Below the pieces are notes generated by a model, which had not been told where the DNA came from, did no database searches, and saw only the letters and a program-made list of their open reading frames with translations. Of a stretch of 64,000 nt of DNA, positions 40,198 to 52,647 are shown piece by piece. Location: positions 372,001 to 436,000 of the forward strand of contig JAYWIR010000070.1 of assembly GCA_036172245.1 (NCBI GenBank), read 5' to 3'. Within the stretch, counting starts at the first letter, position 1; the number at the start of each line of letters is the position of its first letter. A program made the position numbers and the translations under genes. Source of the stretch: Raillietiella orientalis. Lineage: Eukaryota.

Positions 40198-42830
40198 GGA
40201 CGTGTTTTTCCTTTACTCTTCAAGAGTAGTAGGAAAGCGCTTTCTTCTGTGTGGTGTTTAGTGTACATCGTCGGTGTCCAATGGCAACGACGCCAGAGGA
40301 CACCGCGATGGAGGTGGGAGTGGGGGAGGCTAGTTCGCCCCCACAGCCTACTGGAGCAGGGGCAGCCGCCCCGGAATCATCCCCGGCCACGCCGAGGACA
40401 TGGAGCGCCATGGTGGCCGCGCCCAGCGCAGAAGCCATGGCGGAGATGGCCGCATACAAGGCCTCCGGGTACAAGCCATCGCTTGTCTACCAGGTAGGCA
40501 ACTTGTTCGACGGCCGGACAGCGCGCGCCTTCAGCAAAGCGTTGAAGGACGCGAATGTCACTGAGAAGGATCTGGACGGCCTTTGCGTCCTCAGCGGCGG
40601 GCAGCGGGTCGAGGTGGTCTGCAAAGATGTCACCTTGGCTCACCGCCTAATCCATGCGCCGCTGAACGTAGACGGCCGCAAGATCCTGCCAGTATCAATG
40701 GACCGCTCCGTGGTGGTCCACATGACTGGCATCACCAGCCGCATGACGCGGTCAGCGGTTGGTGAGGACTCGCGAAAGTACGGTGAGGTGCACGCACTGT
40801 GGCCGAAACCCTCCATTTTCGACGGCTTCGATAGCCTTTTTGGCGGGCAGGCTGCATCGCGGGTCACCGTAAGGGAGAATTGTGGGCGTCCCCACAAACT
40901 ACAGGTGGCGCAAGAAAACGTCGACCTGTGGTATGTAGGGAAGCCCCGGTATTGCGGGCATTGTGATACCGTGGGACACCTACGTAAAAGGTGTCCCAAT
41001 ATACAATGCCATTTGTGCGGGGAGCGGGGCCACGTTCGGCGCGTGTGCCCCAAACGCCCCACCCCGGTTCCCCCTGCCGCGAAAAAAGCGCAGGGGATAC
41101 GCGCATCAAAGGTCTCTAGACCTGAAGTGAAAAAGGGCCAGCACAAGATGCCAACACCTCAACATCCGGCGCGTAAGCCGGAGGATAAACCTTCTGAAAC
41201 GGTGGAAGGCGAAGAGGGATGGCGGCTTGTAGAGGCCAGAAAGCCTAAGAAACTCCCATTCGCGGAGAGCAAAGAGCACAAGACGGCCGGTAAGCCGAAA
41301 AAACCCGGTACGCGCTCGAAAACTCTGCGCGAGTGCACGGTGGCACTGGAACGAATCGTCGTTCCCGAGATTGCCACCCGGAGCGTCGATCCTCCCCTTG
41401 CCGTTTCCGCTGCGCCCGAGCCTCGCGACGGCGAACCCTCCGTTTACACAGAGGGTGAGCCGCGCGACATAGCGGCGGTCGAAGCCGCGGACGCCGCGTT
41501 CGCACAGGCGGCGGAGGAGCTCGCGGTCACGCTGGCCGAGCGTGAGAACCCCTCGCGCAAGGCCGTGCGAAGGCCGGCTCCGGCGAAGAAGGCCTTCACA
41601 GGTGAGTTAGACCTGGGGGCCGAAAGTACATCCTCCTCCTCGGAGGCACCCCCCAAGAAGTCGGGACGCAAGTCCCAGAAGCCCAGGAGGCGCCTTCCCT
41701 CCACCAGCCAGGAGAAGAAGGAAGCCGTCGACAGCATGGCAAATTCGGAGGAGGAATTCCCACGCTCGGAAGCCGTCGATCCGGCCACCCCCATGGAGGA
41801 GGCTGAACAGGGGGGTGAAGTCCCCCCTGCAGGCGCAGACCCTGAACAGCCCGCCCCCATGGAGGAGGGCGAACAGGTAGGCGCGACCCCACCTGTGGGT
41901 GACCCGCTCGACGTACAGTTTCCTATGGAGGAGGGGGACCAGGTGCCTTCAGCACCTGACCCCCCTCCTCCACCTAGCGTGACGCCCCAGCAGGTTGCGG
42001 ACGCCGCACTGCCACCTTCCCAGGAGTAACACCTGGGCTCGCCAGTCGCCGTCGGATTCGCGCCGCCTGTTGGAATGTCAACGGGCTGCGCGACGACGGT
42101 AACAGGCGAGATACAGCCGACACCCTGCGGGAGTTCGACCTGGCCCTGTTGCAGGAGATCCACGTGATCACCGCGGCAGACGTCCAGGAGATCGAGACGA
42201 TCGCGGGGGGTCGGCTGTACTGGCAATGCGGCATCCGCAACACCTGCGCGGTCGGGTTCTTCGTGAAGGCGGCCATCGACGATGCCGTGAAGGGCGCGCG
42301 CTTCGATGACGACGGTCGGGTCGGTCAGCTGACTCTCGGCTGGTCCGACTCGATCGATCTGAACGTCACGAATGTGTACGCCCCAACCGGTCAAAAGGGA
42401 TACAGCAACCGTATCAGGCTGCTTGAATCCCTGAAGCGCGACTGGTTGGCGAACACGAGCGTGAGGAAAGCTCACCTGATAGCGGGAGATTTCAATCTCC
42501 GCCTGCTAACAATTGAACCGGAAACACAAGTGAAGGCGATGAACGAGTTGTGCGCCGCCATGCGTGCGCGCAACTTGTTCGCGGGTGAGAGGGGAATAGT
42601 CCGCAGCATCGACCACGTCTTCCTCGACGCTGACCTGTGTTCACGGGTCGGCAAACGAGGAAGGGTTGCGTCAACGTTGTCGGACCATTCCCGGTTAATT
42701 TTCGAGATGCGGCCTCGCGACAAAGGACCGCCATCCAGGGACTGGCGTCTGCCGGGGGACTGGACGCGACTCTCAGGTGCGAAGGAACACCTTCGCGAAT
42801 ACCTGAGAGGCGTCACGCTCCGGAATCTCC
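40198..42830 (+). mobile_element. Element a2: lineage I, tandem to a1, interrupted after the APE domain by E
   Basis: Near-identical to a1 34535-37170; cut at VTLRNL. Confidence 0.94.
40281..42029 (+). CDS. a2 ORF1, intact (582 aa) gag-like nucleic-acid-binding protein
   Basis: Open frame from ATG 40281; knuckles CGHCDTVGHLRKRC and CHLCGERGHVRRVC; acidic PMEEGE repeats. Confidence 0.9.
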   Translation: MATTPEDTAMEVGVGEASSPPQPTGAGAAAPESSPATPRTWSAMVAAPSAEAMAEMAAYKASGYKPSLVYQVGNLFDGRTARAFSKALKDANVTEKDLDGLCVLSGGQRVEVVCKDVTLAHRLIHAPLNVDGRKILPVSMDRSVVVHMTGITSRMTRSAVGEDSRKYGEVHALWPKPSIFDGFDSLFGGQAASRVTVRENCGRPHKLQVAQENVDLWYVGKPRYCGHCDTVGHLRKRCPNIQCHLCGERGHVRRVCPKRPTPVPPAAKKAQGIRASKVSRPEVKKGQHKMPTPQHPARKPEDKPSETVEGEEGWRLVEARKPKKLPFAESKEHKTAGKPKKPGTRSKTLRECTVALERIVVPEIATRSVDPPLAVSAAPEPRDGEPSVYTEGEPRDIAAVEAADAAFAQAAEELAVTLAERENPSRKAVRRPAPAKKAFTGELDLGAESTSSSSEAPPKKSGRKSQKPRRRLPSTSQEKKEAVDSMANSEEEFPRSEAVDPATPMEEAEQGGEVPPAGADPEQPAPMEEGEQVGATPPVGDPLDVQFPMEEGDQVPSAPDPPPPPSVTPQQVADAALPPSQE

Positions 42831-42831
42831 A

Positions 42832-45800
42832 TTGAAACCCGGGTGCGCCGGGACGTTTATTCTTACGAATAAACCTATACAATCTGTGACTGGACCAGTA
42901 GTCCAGCCACGCCCTGGAAAGATATAGCTTGCCGGGCTACCGATGCGCAAACCGCCGCGGTCGACCTCGGCAGCAGAGGGGAGGGGGAACGGAACAAAAA
43001 GAAAACAAAAAATAAACAAAAATCAGGGAGGGAGCAGGAAGGGATCACAGTCTGCTGGGAGGGTTCGTCATCCTCTGGAGGATGCCGGCAAGCTGTTTCT
43101 GCGTGTGTGGTTCCAGATGGGGCCATCGCGTCGCCATCCTGAGGAAACGAGCGGCATACACGTTGGCAACCCTGTCGCTGGTTCCTCCCGTCGCTTTGCT
43201 CCATGCCACGACGATCCCGCGTAGGCAGCACAGGGCTGAAAGCTAGGCCGCTGGAGGCAGGGCGTCACGGACGGAGAGGGGGCGCAAAGCGTCTCTGGGG
43301 TCACCTCCGTGGATCCCCAGGGCTGCGGCAAAACGTTCCCACAAGGGACGGAGGGCAACACAATCCACTAACAGGTGGGGGAGTTATTCCCTCTCCCTGC
43401 ACCTGACACAATTAGGGTTGACACCCTCCCGCGTCCAGTGGTGTCGGCGGGCGTTGCAAGGAAGCCCCCAATGCAACACCAGCAGTGCCGACTGTTGCCA
43501 CTTCATGGGGGGGGTGCGCGAGTCCATGAGCACCGGGGGCCAATCGAGATGTTCCTCTGGAACATCCAGTAGCTCTTTCCAGCGCAACAGTCCATTTGGG
43601 GTGGTCCTCGGGGTCGCAGCGTTGGTGAGCTGACCTGTTCTCCAATCCCCGATCTTCTTTGCCCTGCTGGCGATCTTGACAGTAACCTCCCATTGTGCCG
43701 CGACGTCGCTGCCCAGATGTTCCCGTAGGGTAGGCAGTACCGCAGCAAGGGAGGTTCTTTGTGCCCACGCTCTCCTTCGAGGATTCTCGATGATTTCTCG
43801 GAGCGTGCGGCGGGCATGCGGCCCGAACAGAGCTATTCGCTCGTGTTGCGGGCTCTGCTCCTGAATCATCGCCCACGTGCGGACGGTTTCCTGCAACCAG
43901 GCAAGACCGTTCGCGGGGCGTACGAGGATCCGCGCCGAGTTGTTCTTCACGAGCTTGGCCGCCCTCCGAAGTTGAAGTCCGCAGTGGCAGATGGGGCTTC
44001 GGAGTGCAAAGTAGGACGAGAGTCCCGCATTGCCGGTGGCCCGCTCGACGAGGAGACGTGCAGGGAGCCACCAAGGGGTGCACCAATTTTCTGCCATAAA
44101 GGCAACAACTCGGAACTGGAGCTGTAGCTCCAGCCGCTCCAACGTCAGGAGGCAGAGACCACCATCCCGACGAGGAGCGCACAAGTCCGAAAGACGGACT
44201 CGGGGCCTCCCTCTGCCCCAAAGGGCGATCCTCAGGAGGTCCTTCGTCCTCTTCTTTGACTCCGCTGAGGGAGGGCAAACAAAAAACAAGGGGCGGAGGA
44301 GGGGGGCCGCAAATGCGTTCGACGCCGCGGCCCGTTCATGCAGGAAGAAGACGCCGTCCTGGAACGGGCCGATCGCCGCCTGAACCTTCTGAAGGCAGCC
44401 GGACCACGCTTCCGCAGGGGAGTAATCCCCCAACGGCACACCAAGGTACTTGAAATACCTCACCGTGGGGATCCCCAAACGGACCCAGTCCTGCTGCTCT
44501 GCCCACGCCGCTCCGACTGGCACTACGGACGACTTCGCCCTGTTCATCGTCAGTCCTGTTCCACGACTCAGCAGGTCGAAGAAGTCCTCGACCGCCGAGG
44601 CCGGGGTGGACATAGGCAGCAGCAGCAGAAGATCGTCCGCGTACGCCGAAACCGCAGGCGTACCGGGGCAATCGCACGGCAGGTGCGCCAGAGTCTCCCT
44701 GTAAGCTCTCAGCATTAATTCGAAAAAGGCGCTAAAGAGCAGGGGGCTCAGGCTGTCTCCCTGCCGTATGGCGCGTCGCACCGGTACTCCGTGCACGGTT
44801 CGCCCGCTGAAGAGAACATTAATGAGCGCGTCGCGCCAGCTGGAGCGCAGGTAGGCCAACAAAGAGGCCGGGAATCCCAAGCGTTCTAGAAGCTCCAGCA
44901 GGAGATTCTGGTCGACGCTGTCGAATGCTTTACGCAATCGACATCGACCGCAAGGGCTCCCTTCCCCACCCGACCGTTCCGTCTCCCGCTAACAGACGCA
45001 CCGTAATTCCGGCTGCTCAATAAGTCCCTTCCTTGTTGGAGCTCTAACCATGTGGAAGCGTGGAACAGGTTCGCCTCCATGCTCCGCCCGAGAACAGCAT
45101 AAGTCTGTTCCGGGCTGATGAAGATGTTGGCAACCCGTCCCAGACGCTCTGCCCACATCTTGGCTATCAACTTAACGTCCTCATTCACTATTGTGATGGG
45201 ACGCCAGCTGTTCACGCTCCTCAGGTCTCCACCCTTAGGGAGGAGCCGCACCTTTGCCGAACGAAACGAGCCGGGAACGTCACCTGTTTCGCGTATCAGC
45301 AAGATGAGTTGCTGTACCAGGGGGGTAAGCTCAGCCGCGAAAGTTTGGTAAAACTCCGCGGGCAGGCCGTCCTTCCCTCGAGCTTTCCGCCTCTTGAGCT
45401 TTCCGATGGCCGAGAGGATCTCGTCCATCGTGAAAGGCTCGTCGAGGCTTCTTTTCTCCTCCTCCCCGATCGCTGGAGCACCTTCCGGGAGCAGAAATCG
45501 TGAGACGTCTCGCTCCGGAGGCGCCCTGGCGTACAGGGAGGAGTAAAATTTCTTCACAATCCCGCGCTTCTGAGCAGGAGCCGAGTGTTCCCGGCCCTGG
45601 TCGTCCAGCAAGCTAGCCGACCCGGATTGCCAGGCTTGCCTCTTGGCTCCCGCTCGATACTCTGCTAACCTGCGCATGTCGGGGGTTCTCGCGTAACTTC
45701 GGGCCTGAAGATAGCACCTTTCGTTACGCGGCTTCTCCCCAAATCCCGCAGGTAGGCGATGCAGGGGGAACTGGTCGCAGAACTCCTGGACCGACCGCTT

Positions 45801-47012
45801 GAAGCGGTCCCAGTCCTGAAGTGTCTGCATCCTGAAGCTCCGAATAAACGCACGGAGGTGCTCCGCCGAGCCGGGAAACTTCAGCCAGTCCCCTGGCAGA
45901 CGCCACGCTGACGAGGGGGGCCCCCGTGGCGCGGATGGATCTCGAGGACTAGCGGGCGATGGTCGAACAGCTCGCACGGTAACTTGCCGCGCCTGCCCAC
46001 GCGAGGGCACATGTGCTCGTCAAGAAACACGTGGTGAATGCTGTTTTCCATCCGCGGTGCACTGGCCAACAAATTACTGGTGTGCACCGCCATGCACTCC
46101 TCGTTGTCCAGGTCACGCTCGGGTTTCTGTCCATCTGGTTTCAGGCGAACGTTAAAATCGCCTGCAACAGGATGGGCATCCCGCACGCCTGCTTTGGTCA
46201 GCCAGTCTCTACGGAGAGCAAGGAAAATCACTTTCCTCTCCCTCCTAGTCATCAGGTCTGCGCCGCTCGGTGCGTACACGTTCGTTACGATCAGATCGAT
46301 CGAGTCGGACCACCTGAGAGTCAGCTGGCCGACACCACCGTCATCGTCGAACCGCACGTTATGAGATGCGGCCTCGACGGATGGCCGAAGCAGGTAGGCG
46401 ACACCGCAACTTTTCGCTATCCCACACCTGTACCATAGTCGCCCTCCGGAGATCCGTCCGATCTCTTCCGCTTGTTCTGCAGAGATCACGTGGATCTCCT
46501 ACAGCAGCGCAAGGTCGTAGGGCTCTAGAAGGGCGGATATGTCTCGTCTCCTGCCGGCGTCTGTCATGCCGTTCACGTTCCAAACGGCGATGCGCAGACG
46601 ACGGCGGGAGGAGATTCCCGGCATTACTGCTGCGAAGATTAAGATGTGGAAGAGCCCGCCTCTTGCGAGGCAGGCGGGATGTCCATGGGGGTTTCGGCCT
46701 TTTCAGGCACCTGAGGCACCTGTTCGGCCTCCTCCCCCATCTAGAACCCTCCATCCGTGTCATTGCGTGGGAGTCTCTCGGGCGACGGGTCCCGAGAGTT
46801 TCCCACGCTCATGGCACCCTCGCTTGCGGAAGCCATCTCTTCCCCTTCGACGGGGGAGACAAGCTTCCTTGGCTTTGTGGACTCACGTCCAGCCTTCTTG
46901 CGGGGTGCCGTGGAAACGGAGGCTGCGCTTCCAGCCTCCACCTCGGGGTCGGAAGTGGGGGACTCCTGAGGGGAGGCCGGACGCCTTACGGCCTTCTTGC
47001 CAGCCTTGGAGG
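42832..47012 (-). mobile_element. Element E: lineage II, 3' end, frameshifted ORF2 (46624-43045) and ORF1 C-terminus
   Basis: TAATG overlap at 46626-46622; APE, RT and CVRCRERE motifs. Cut in ORF1 at SKAGKK by a3. Confidence 0.93.
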
Positions 47013-50000
47013 TTTACACCCGGGTACGCCCGGGGCGTTTATTGGTAAAACTCTACATCGGCGGTACAAGGCCCCGCTCACGGCCATATGCACTGGACCT
47101 GCCAGGACGCCGGGACGCAGCCCAGCGTAGCGTTCCTCAGCAGCGAAGAGGGATGGGGATAAAACAAAAAGAAAAATAAAAAATAAACAGACAAAAAAAG
47201 AAGTTGGAGGGCAGGGTTGGAGGATCACTAAACGCTGTGAGGAGGGCCCATCCGTTGAAGGCAGCCCTCGAGGTCCGTCCGTATATTCCCCAGTTGGGTC
47301 CATCCGGCAGCTCTCCGCATGAAGCGTTGGGTGTATGGGATGACATCCCTCGCGTGTGGACCCACTCCTTCGTTATTGGCGTCGCTCCATGCCGCCACGA
47401 CGCCACGGACACAGTACAAGGCTGCGATGGCTGCGTCTGGCTGCAGTGCGTCCTTCACGAAGAGGGGCCGAAGAACGTCTCTGGGGGTGCTGCCCGTAGG
47501 GAGCCCGAGGGTCGCCCCGAACCGTTCCCAGAGGGGTCGGATGGCAGCACAGTTCACAATAAGCTGGGAGAGCGATTCCCGCTCTCCGCACCTGAAACAC
47601 TCAGGATCCACAGCTCCCCTTGTCCAGTGAAAGCGGCGTGCGTTGCAGGGTAAACCCCAGTGCGGCAGTAGCAACGCCGACTCTTGCCACTTAAGGGGCA
47701 GGATCCTGGATTCCTTCAGTACCGGGGGCCACTTCAGCACATCCGTAGGGATGGCGAGCAGCTCGCCCCATCTCATCAATCCACGAGGCTGGACGCTCGG
47801 GGTCGTGACGTCCGCCAGTTCTCCTGTGGTCCAGCCGCTCAACATCTTCTCCCTGCCTGCGATCTGGCAGGTGACTTGCCACCTCGGCTTCTGGCGATCC
47901 TGAAGCGCCCTCAGGAGGTAGGGCATCGCCGTAGCAAGGCAAGTCGTCCACGCTCACCTGCGACTCCGGGGAAATTCGAGTATTTCCCGCAGGATGCGGT
48001 TGGCGTATGGGCGGATTCGCAGGCAGTTCACATGGTTTTCACTCCTCCGGTTCTGCTTAGCCCATGTGCCAGCAGACTCCTCCAACCAGGCGGAGGAGTT
48101 GGCGGGGCCAGAAACCATCCAACCGTTCGTCTTCGCCAAGGCTGCTATGCGTATGAGCATAAGGCCTCATCTTCGGATCTTCCGGCCAGGACACAGAAGA
48201 AACGACGCGAATCCTTCGCATCGGGACACACGCCTGCAGAGGAGGCGGGCCGGAACGCACCAAGGGGTGCTCCACATCTTCGCTGCGATGGCGAGGGTTC
48301 GCATCCGCAGCTGGATTTCCTCGCGCTCCAGCGTCAGGAGGCCAAGGCCGCCGTCCAGACGCGGAACGCACAAATCCTTCAGAGGGACTCGGGGCCTCCC
48401 CTTGCTTCAAAGGGCTATGCGGAGGAGGTCCTTTGTCCTCTTTTTGCATTCTCTGGGGGCGGGGCAAACAAAAAGCAAGAAGCGGAGGATGGGGGCCGCA
48501 AAAGCGTTCCAAACCGCGGCCCGTTCCGGCAAGTGAAACTTGCCTTCCAGGAACGGGCCGATCGCCGTCTCGACTTTTTGGAGGCAGCTGGACCACGCTT
48601 CCGCAGGTGAGTAGTCCCCCAACAGCACATCAAGGTACTTCAGGCACCTCGCCGTGGGTATCCCCAGACGGACCAAGTCCTGCTGCCCTGCCCACGCCGC
48701 ACCTACTGGCACCACCGACGACTTCGCCCTGTTGACCTGCAGTCCGGTCCCGCGGATGAGCAGATCGAAGAAGTCTCCGACCGCCTTCGCCGGGGTGGAC
48801 ATAGGTAACAGAAGCAGAAGGTCGTCGGCATAGGCTGCTACGGCGGGCGTGCCGGGACACGAGCTCGGCAAGGAGGCCAAAGGCACCCTGTAGGCCTTCA
48901 GCACCAACTCAAAGTAGGTGCTGAAGAGCAGGGGACTGAGGCTATCACCCTGCCTGGTGCCCCGCCGCACCGGCACGCCATACAACTTCTGAATACTGAA
49001 AGAGATGGAGATAATCGCATTCCGCCAGCAAGAGCGCAGGTAGGTAATCAAGGAGGGTGGGAAGCCCATGCGACTTAGGAGCTCCAACAAAAGCTCCTGG
49101 TCAACACAGTCGAACGCCTTATGGAGATCGACTGCGAGCGCTAAGGCCCCCTTCCCCGCCCGGGAGTCCATTCCCTGCCCTGCTGGCGGCCCCAAAGTGG
49201 GGTTGCCGATTTTTCCTTTCTTTTCCTTTTGACACCTCTGCGGGTGCATCCATGTGCTCGCGAAGAAGAGGTTGGCATCCATACTTCGCCCGGGAACATC
49301 ATATGTCTGCTCCGGGCTAATAATGGATTCTGCCTCCTGCCCCAGACGCGAAGCCGATAGCCCGGCAACCAACTTGGCGTCCGTATTCACAATCGTGATC
49401 GGACGCCAGTTGTTCAAATTCCTAAGGTCTCCCCCTTTCGGAAGGAGCCTCACTCTGGCTGACCGAAACGAGGCGGGAACATCGCTTCGTCTCGGATCAG
49501 CCTTGTCAGCTGAAGCAGCAGGGGTGCCAGCTCTTCCGCGAAGCTCTGATAGAACTCCGCGGGCAAGCCGTCTTCCCCTGGAGCTTTCCGCCTCTTGAGC
49601 CTTTTGATACCGGCGAGAATTTCGGCTGTGGTAAAAGGCTCATCGAGGCTTAACGACTTCTCCTCCCCTATTGCCGCGGCACCATCCAAAAGCAAGAGCC
49701 GAGAGGCATCTTGATCCGGAAGCGCCCTGGCGTAAAGGGAGGAATAATAACTCCGCACGAGATGCCGTACCGACGCCGGGGACGAACATTCCCGGCCCTG
49801 GTCGTCCAGCAAGCTGGCCGACCCGGATTGCCAGGCTTGGCGTTCGTCCCCGGCACGGTACTCGGCCAGGCGACGGACATTAGGGGTTCTCTCGTACCTA
49901 CGAGCCTGTAAATAGGCCCGATGGTTGCGAGCACCCTCGCCGAATCCGGGGGGCAGGCGATCCAGGAGGAACTGCTTGCAGAACTCCCGGACCGATTCCT

Positions 50001-50034
50001 TAAAAAGGTCCCAGTCCTGGAGATTCCGGAGCGT
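47013..50034 (-). mobile_element. Element a3: lineage I, 3' end and ORF2 downstream of APE (disrupted)
   Basis: Near-identical to a1 37157-40179 in reverse orientation. Confidence 0.94.
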
Positions 50035-50046
50035 CGAGCGGACGTG
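50011..50046 (+). promoter_or_regulatory. Putative Inr (CCAGTC, in target DNA) plus DPE (GGACGTG, in element F) core promoter
   Basis: A at 50013 and motif at 50040 give +1/+28 spacing, matching the Drosophila Inr TCAKTY / DPE RGWCGTG geometry. Function inferred. Confidence 0.6.
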
Positions 50047-52647
50047 TCTTTTCGTTGCTCCTGAGTTCCATTTCCGTTGGTGCTTGTGCGTGGTGTGGGT
50101 GGAGGATTAGGCAGAAATGCCTGATACCACCACCGGTGAGGATCCGGGGGCGATGACCTCATTGCCCCTTGAGCAGATGGAGGTGGAGGCTCCCGCATCA
50201 GTGGAGGCACCCGCCAGCACGGATGCGCCCCCGGCCCTACCCAGGGCTTGGAACGCCGTGGCTGCGGCACCTACGCCAGCGGCTATGGCGGAAATGCGCG
50301 CTTACCTGGAGGAAAGGTATAACCCACCCCTCCTATATAAGGTAGGCGGTTTATATTCTTCCGAGAACACGCGCGCCTTTTCGCAGGCGATGCGCGTTCT
50401 CGGTGTACAGAAAGAGGAGCTTCTGGCTATGTCCGTCAGAAGCGGGGGTCAATTTGTGGAAGTTATCTGCAAGGAGGCAACTCTTGCGCAAAGACTTCTG
50501 CGAACCCCCGTAATTATGGGCAGCCGGAGGCTTCTCCCCATTACTGAAGACCGGTCGGTGATCATTCACCTGACCGGTATCACGTTCCCGATGACGAAGG
50601 AGGCCGTCCGGAACGAATTAGAAAAATCTGCAACTGTCCACGCGCTGTGGGGAAAGCCTACTCGTTTTGTCGATTACGACGGGGTGCTTGGCGGCCTGGG
50701 TGCAGCGCGAGTGACGGTTCGCGAAGGATGTGAGTTTCCCCACAAACTCAGCGTCAACGGTGAATCCGTTGACGTGTGGTACGTGGGGGAACCCAAGTAT
50801 TGCGGCTGCTGCAGCAGCTTCGGTCACCTTAAAATGAGGTGTCCGAGCGTGCAGTGCCAGCAATGCAAACAAGCGGGGCACACCCGTCTGGTGTGCCCCC
50901 AAAACACAGTCCGCGTAGTGTCCGCGAAAAACGCGAGAATGCGCGCGGCTAAAAAGAGAAAGAAGCTGGCAACTCGTGCTGCTGCTAAGGAGGTCACATC
51001 CGCCACCAAGGCGAAGGCCAGCCCCGAGACCCCGGCGAAAACCGCCGAAAAGGTCGAGGGCGAGGGTCAAGAGCCAGGGTGGCAGAAGGTCGACCCCAAG
51101 AAAAACTCCCATAAGAAGGGAAAGAACGTGGCGAAACGGAGCGAAACCGCTCTGCGTCGCGAAAAAATTAAAAGCTGCTGCGTCGTTGTAGAGCGGATTC
51201 CCGCCATCGACGAATGCGGCGCTAAAGAACTCGCTGCTGCCCCTGCTCAACCCTCCGTTGACAAAGTCAACAAGGAGGGGAGCGAGGCGGCGGCGTCCGT
51301 CATCGAGCCCACGCTCGATGACGTCGCCTTCGAGCGCGCCGCGGAGGAGCTGGCTGCCTCGCTGCAGCCGGTTGCCCCCAAGGCTGGCAAGAAGGCCGTC
51401 AGGCGTCCGGCTTCCCCTCAAGAGTCGGCCACTTTCGACCCCGAGGTGAAGGCTGGAAACACAGCATCCATCTCCGCGGCACCCCGCAAAAAGGCAGGAC
51501 GAAAGTCCACAATGCTCCGGAAGATCGTCTCCCCCGACGAAGGGGAAGAGATGGCTTCCGGTAGCGAAGGTGCCATGAGCGTGGGAAACTCCCGGGACCC
51601 GTCGCCCGAGAGAATTCCACGCTCGGACACGGAGGGGATGGTGAGGATGGAGGACGAACAGGTACCCCAGGCGCCTGAAGAGGCCTCCGTCCTCGTACCG
51701 ATGGACCTGTCCTACACCTGCCCCGCGGCAGGTGCCGCGACGCCACTTTCCCAGCCATAATGCCGGGAATCGCCTCTCCCCGTCGTCTTCTGATCACCTG
51801 TTGGAACGTGAACGGGCTAAGCGACGACGGCAAGAGGCGTGACGTGGCCGCCACCCTGGCATCCTCCGACCTGGTGCTGCTGCAGGAGATCCATGTGATC
51901 TCCGCAGATCAAGCCCGGGAGATCGAACGGATCTCGGATGGGCGGCTGTTGTGGCGTTGCGGCACCTCGAAATCAAGCGGTGTCGCCTTCCTGCTTCGGC
52001 CAGCCATCGAGACCGCAATAAAGGACGTTCGGTTCGATGACGCAGGTCGCGTCGGTCAGCTGACTCTCAGCTGGTCCGACTCTATCAACCTGGTCGTCAC
52101 CAACCTATACGCTCCTAGCGGAAACAACGCGTTGAGGGCGAAGGCAAGAAGGGAATTCTACCTTGCCCTGAGACGCGATTGGCTGACCGATGCAGGAGTT
52201 CGCAAAGCGGACCTGATTGCAGGTGATTTCAACCTGCGCCTGCTTTCAGGTGCGCCGGATACACTGAACAACCGCGTCAAAGAGTTGGGCGCAGAAATGA
52301 ACGCGCGCAACTTGTTGGCCGGGGACACGGCCATGGAAAGCAGCATCGATCACGTGTACCTTGACCAGCACCTATGATCTCGGGTGGGCAGGCGCGTAAA
52401 GGTACCATCCGAGCTGTCGGACCATGGTCGGATCATGTTCAAATGCGTCCGCGCGACAAGGGCCCCCCCTCGTCAGCGTGGCGTCTGCCAGGGGACTGGC
52501 TGAAGTTTCCCGACGCAATGGAGCACCTCCGCGAGTTTATTCGGAGCTTCAGGATGCAGACACTTCAGGACTGGGACCGCTTCAAGCGGTCGGTCCAGGA
52601 GTTTTGCGACCAGTTCCCCCTGCATCGCCTACCTGAGGGATTTGGGG
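50035..52647 (+). mobile_element. Element F: lineage II, intact 5' end, ORF1 and APE; interrupted by G
   Basis: GGACGTG at 50040; TAATG overlap at 51758-51762; cut at LPEGFG. Confidence 0.93.
50117..51760 (+). CDS. F ORF1, intact (547 aa) gag-like protein
   Basis: Open frame with knuckles CGCCSSFGHLKMRC and CQQCKQAGHTRLVC. Confidence 0.9.
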   Translation: MPDTTTGEDPGAMTSLPLEQMEVEAPASVEAPASTDAPPALPRAWNAVAAAPTPAAMAEMRAYLEERYNPPLLYKVGGLYSSENTRAFSQAMRVLGVQKEELLAMSVRSGGQFVEVICKEATLAQRLLRTPVIMGSRRLLPITEDRSVIIHLTGITFPMTKEAVRNELEKSATVHALWGKPTRFVDYDGVLGGLGAARVTVREGCEFPHKLSVNGESVDVWYVGEPKYCGCCSSFGHLKMRCPSVQCQQCKQAGHTRLVCPQNTVRVVSAKNARMRAAKKRKKLATRAAAKEVTSATKAKASPETPAKTAEKVEGEGQEPGWQKVDPKKNSHKKGKNVAKRSETALRREKIKSCCVVVERIPAIDECGAKELAAAPAQPSVDKVNKEGSEAAASVIEPTLDDVAFERAAEELAASLQPVAPKAGKKAVRRPASPQESATFDPEVKAGNTASISAAPRKKAGRKSTMLRKIVSPDEGEEMASGSEGAMSVGNSRDPSPERIPRSDTEGMVRMEDEQVPQAPEEASVLVPMDLSYTCPAAGAATPLSQP

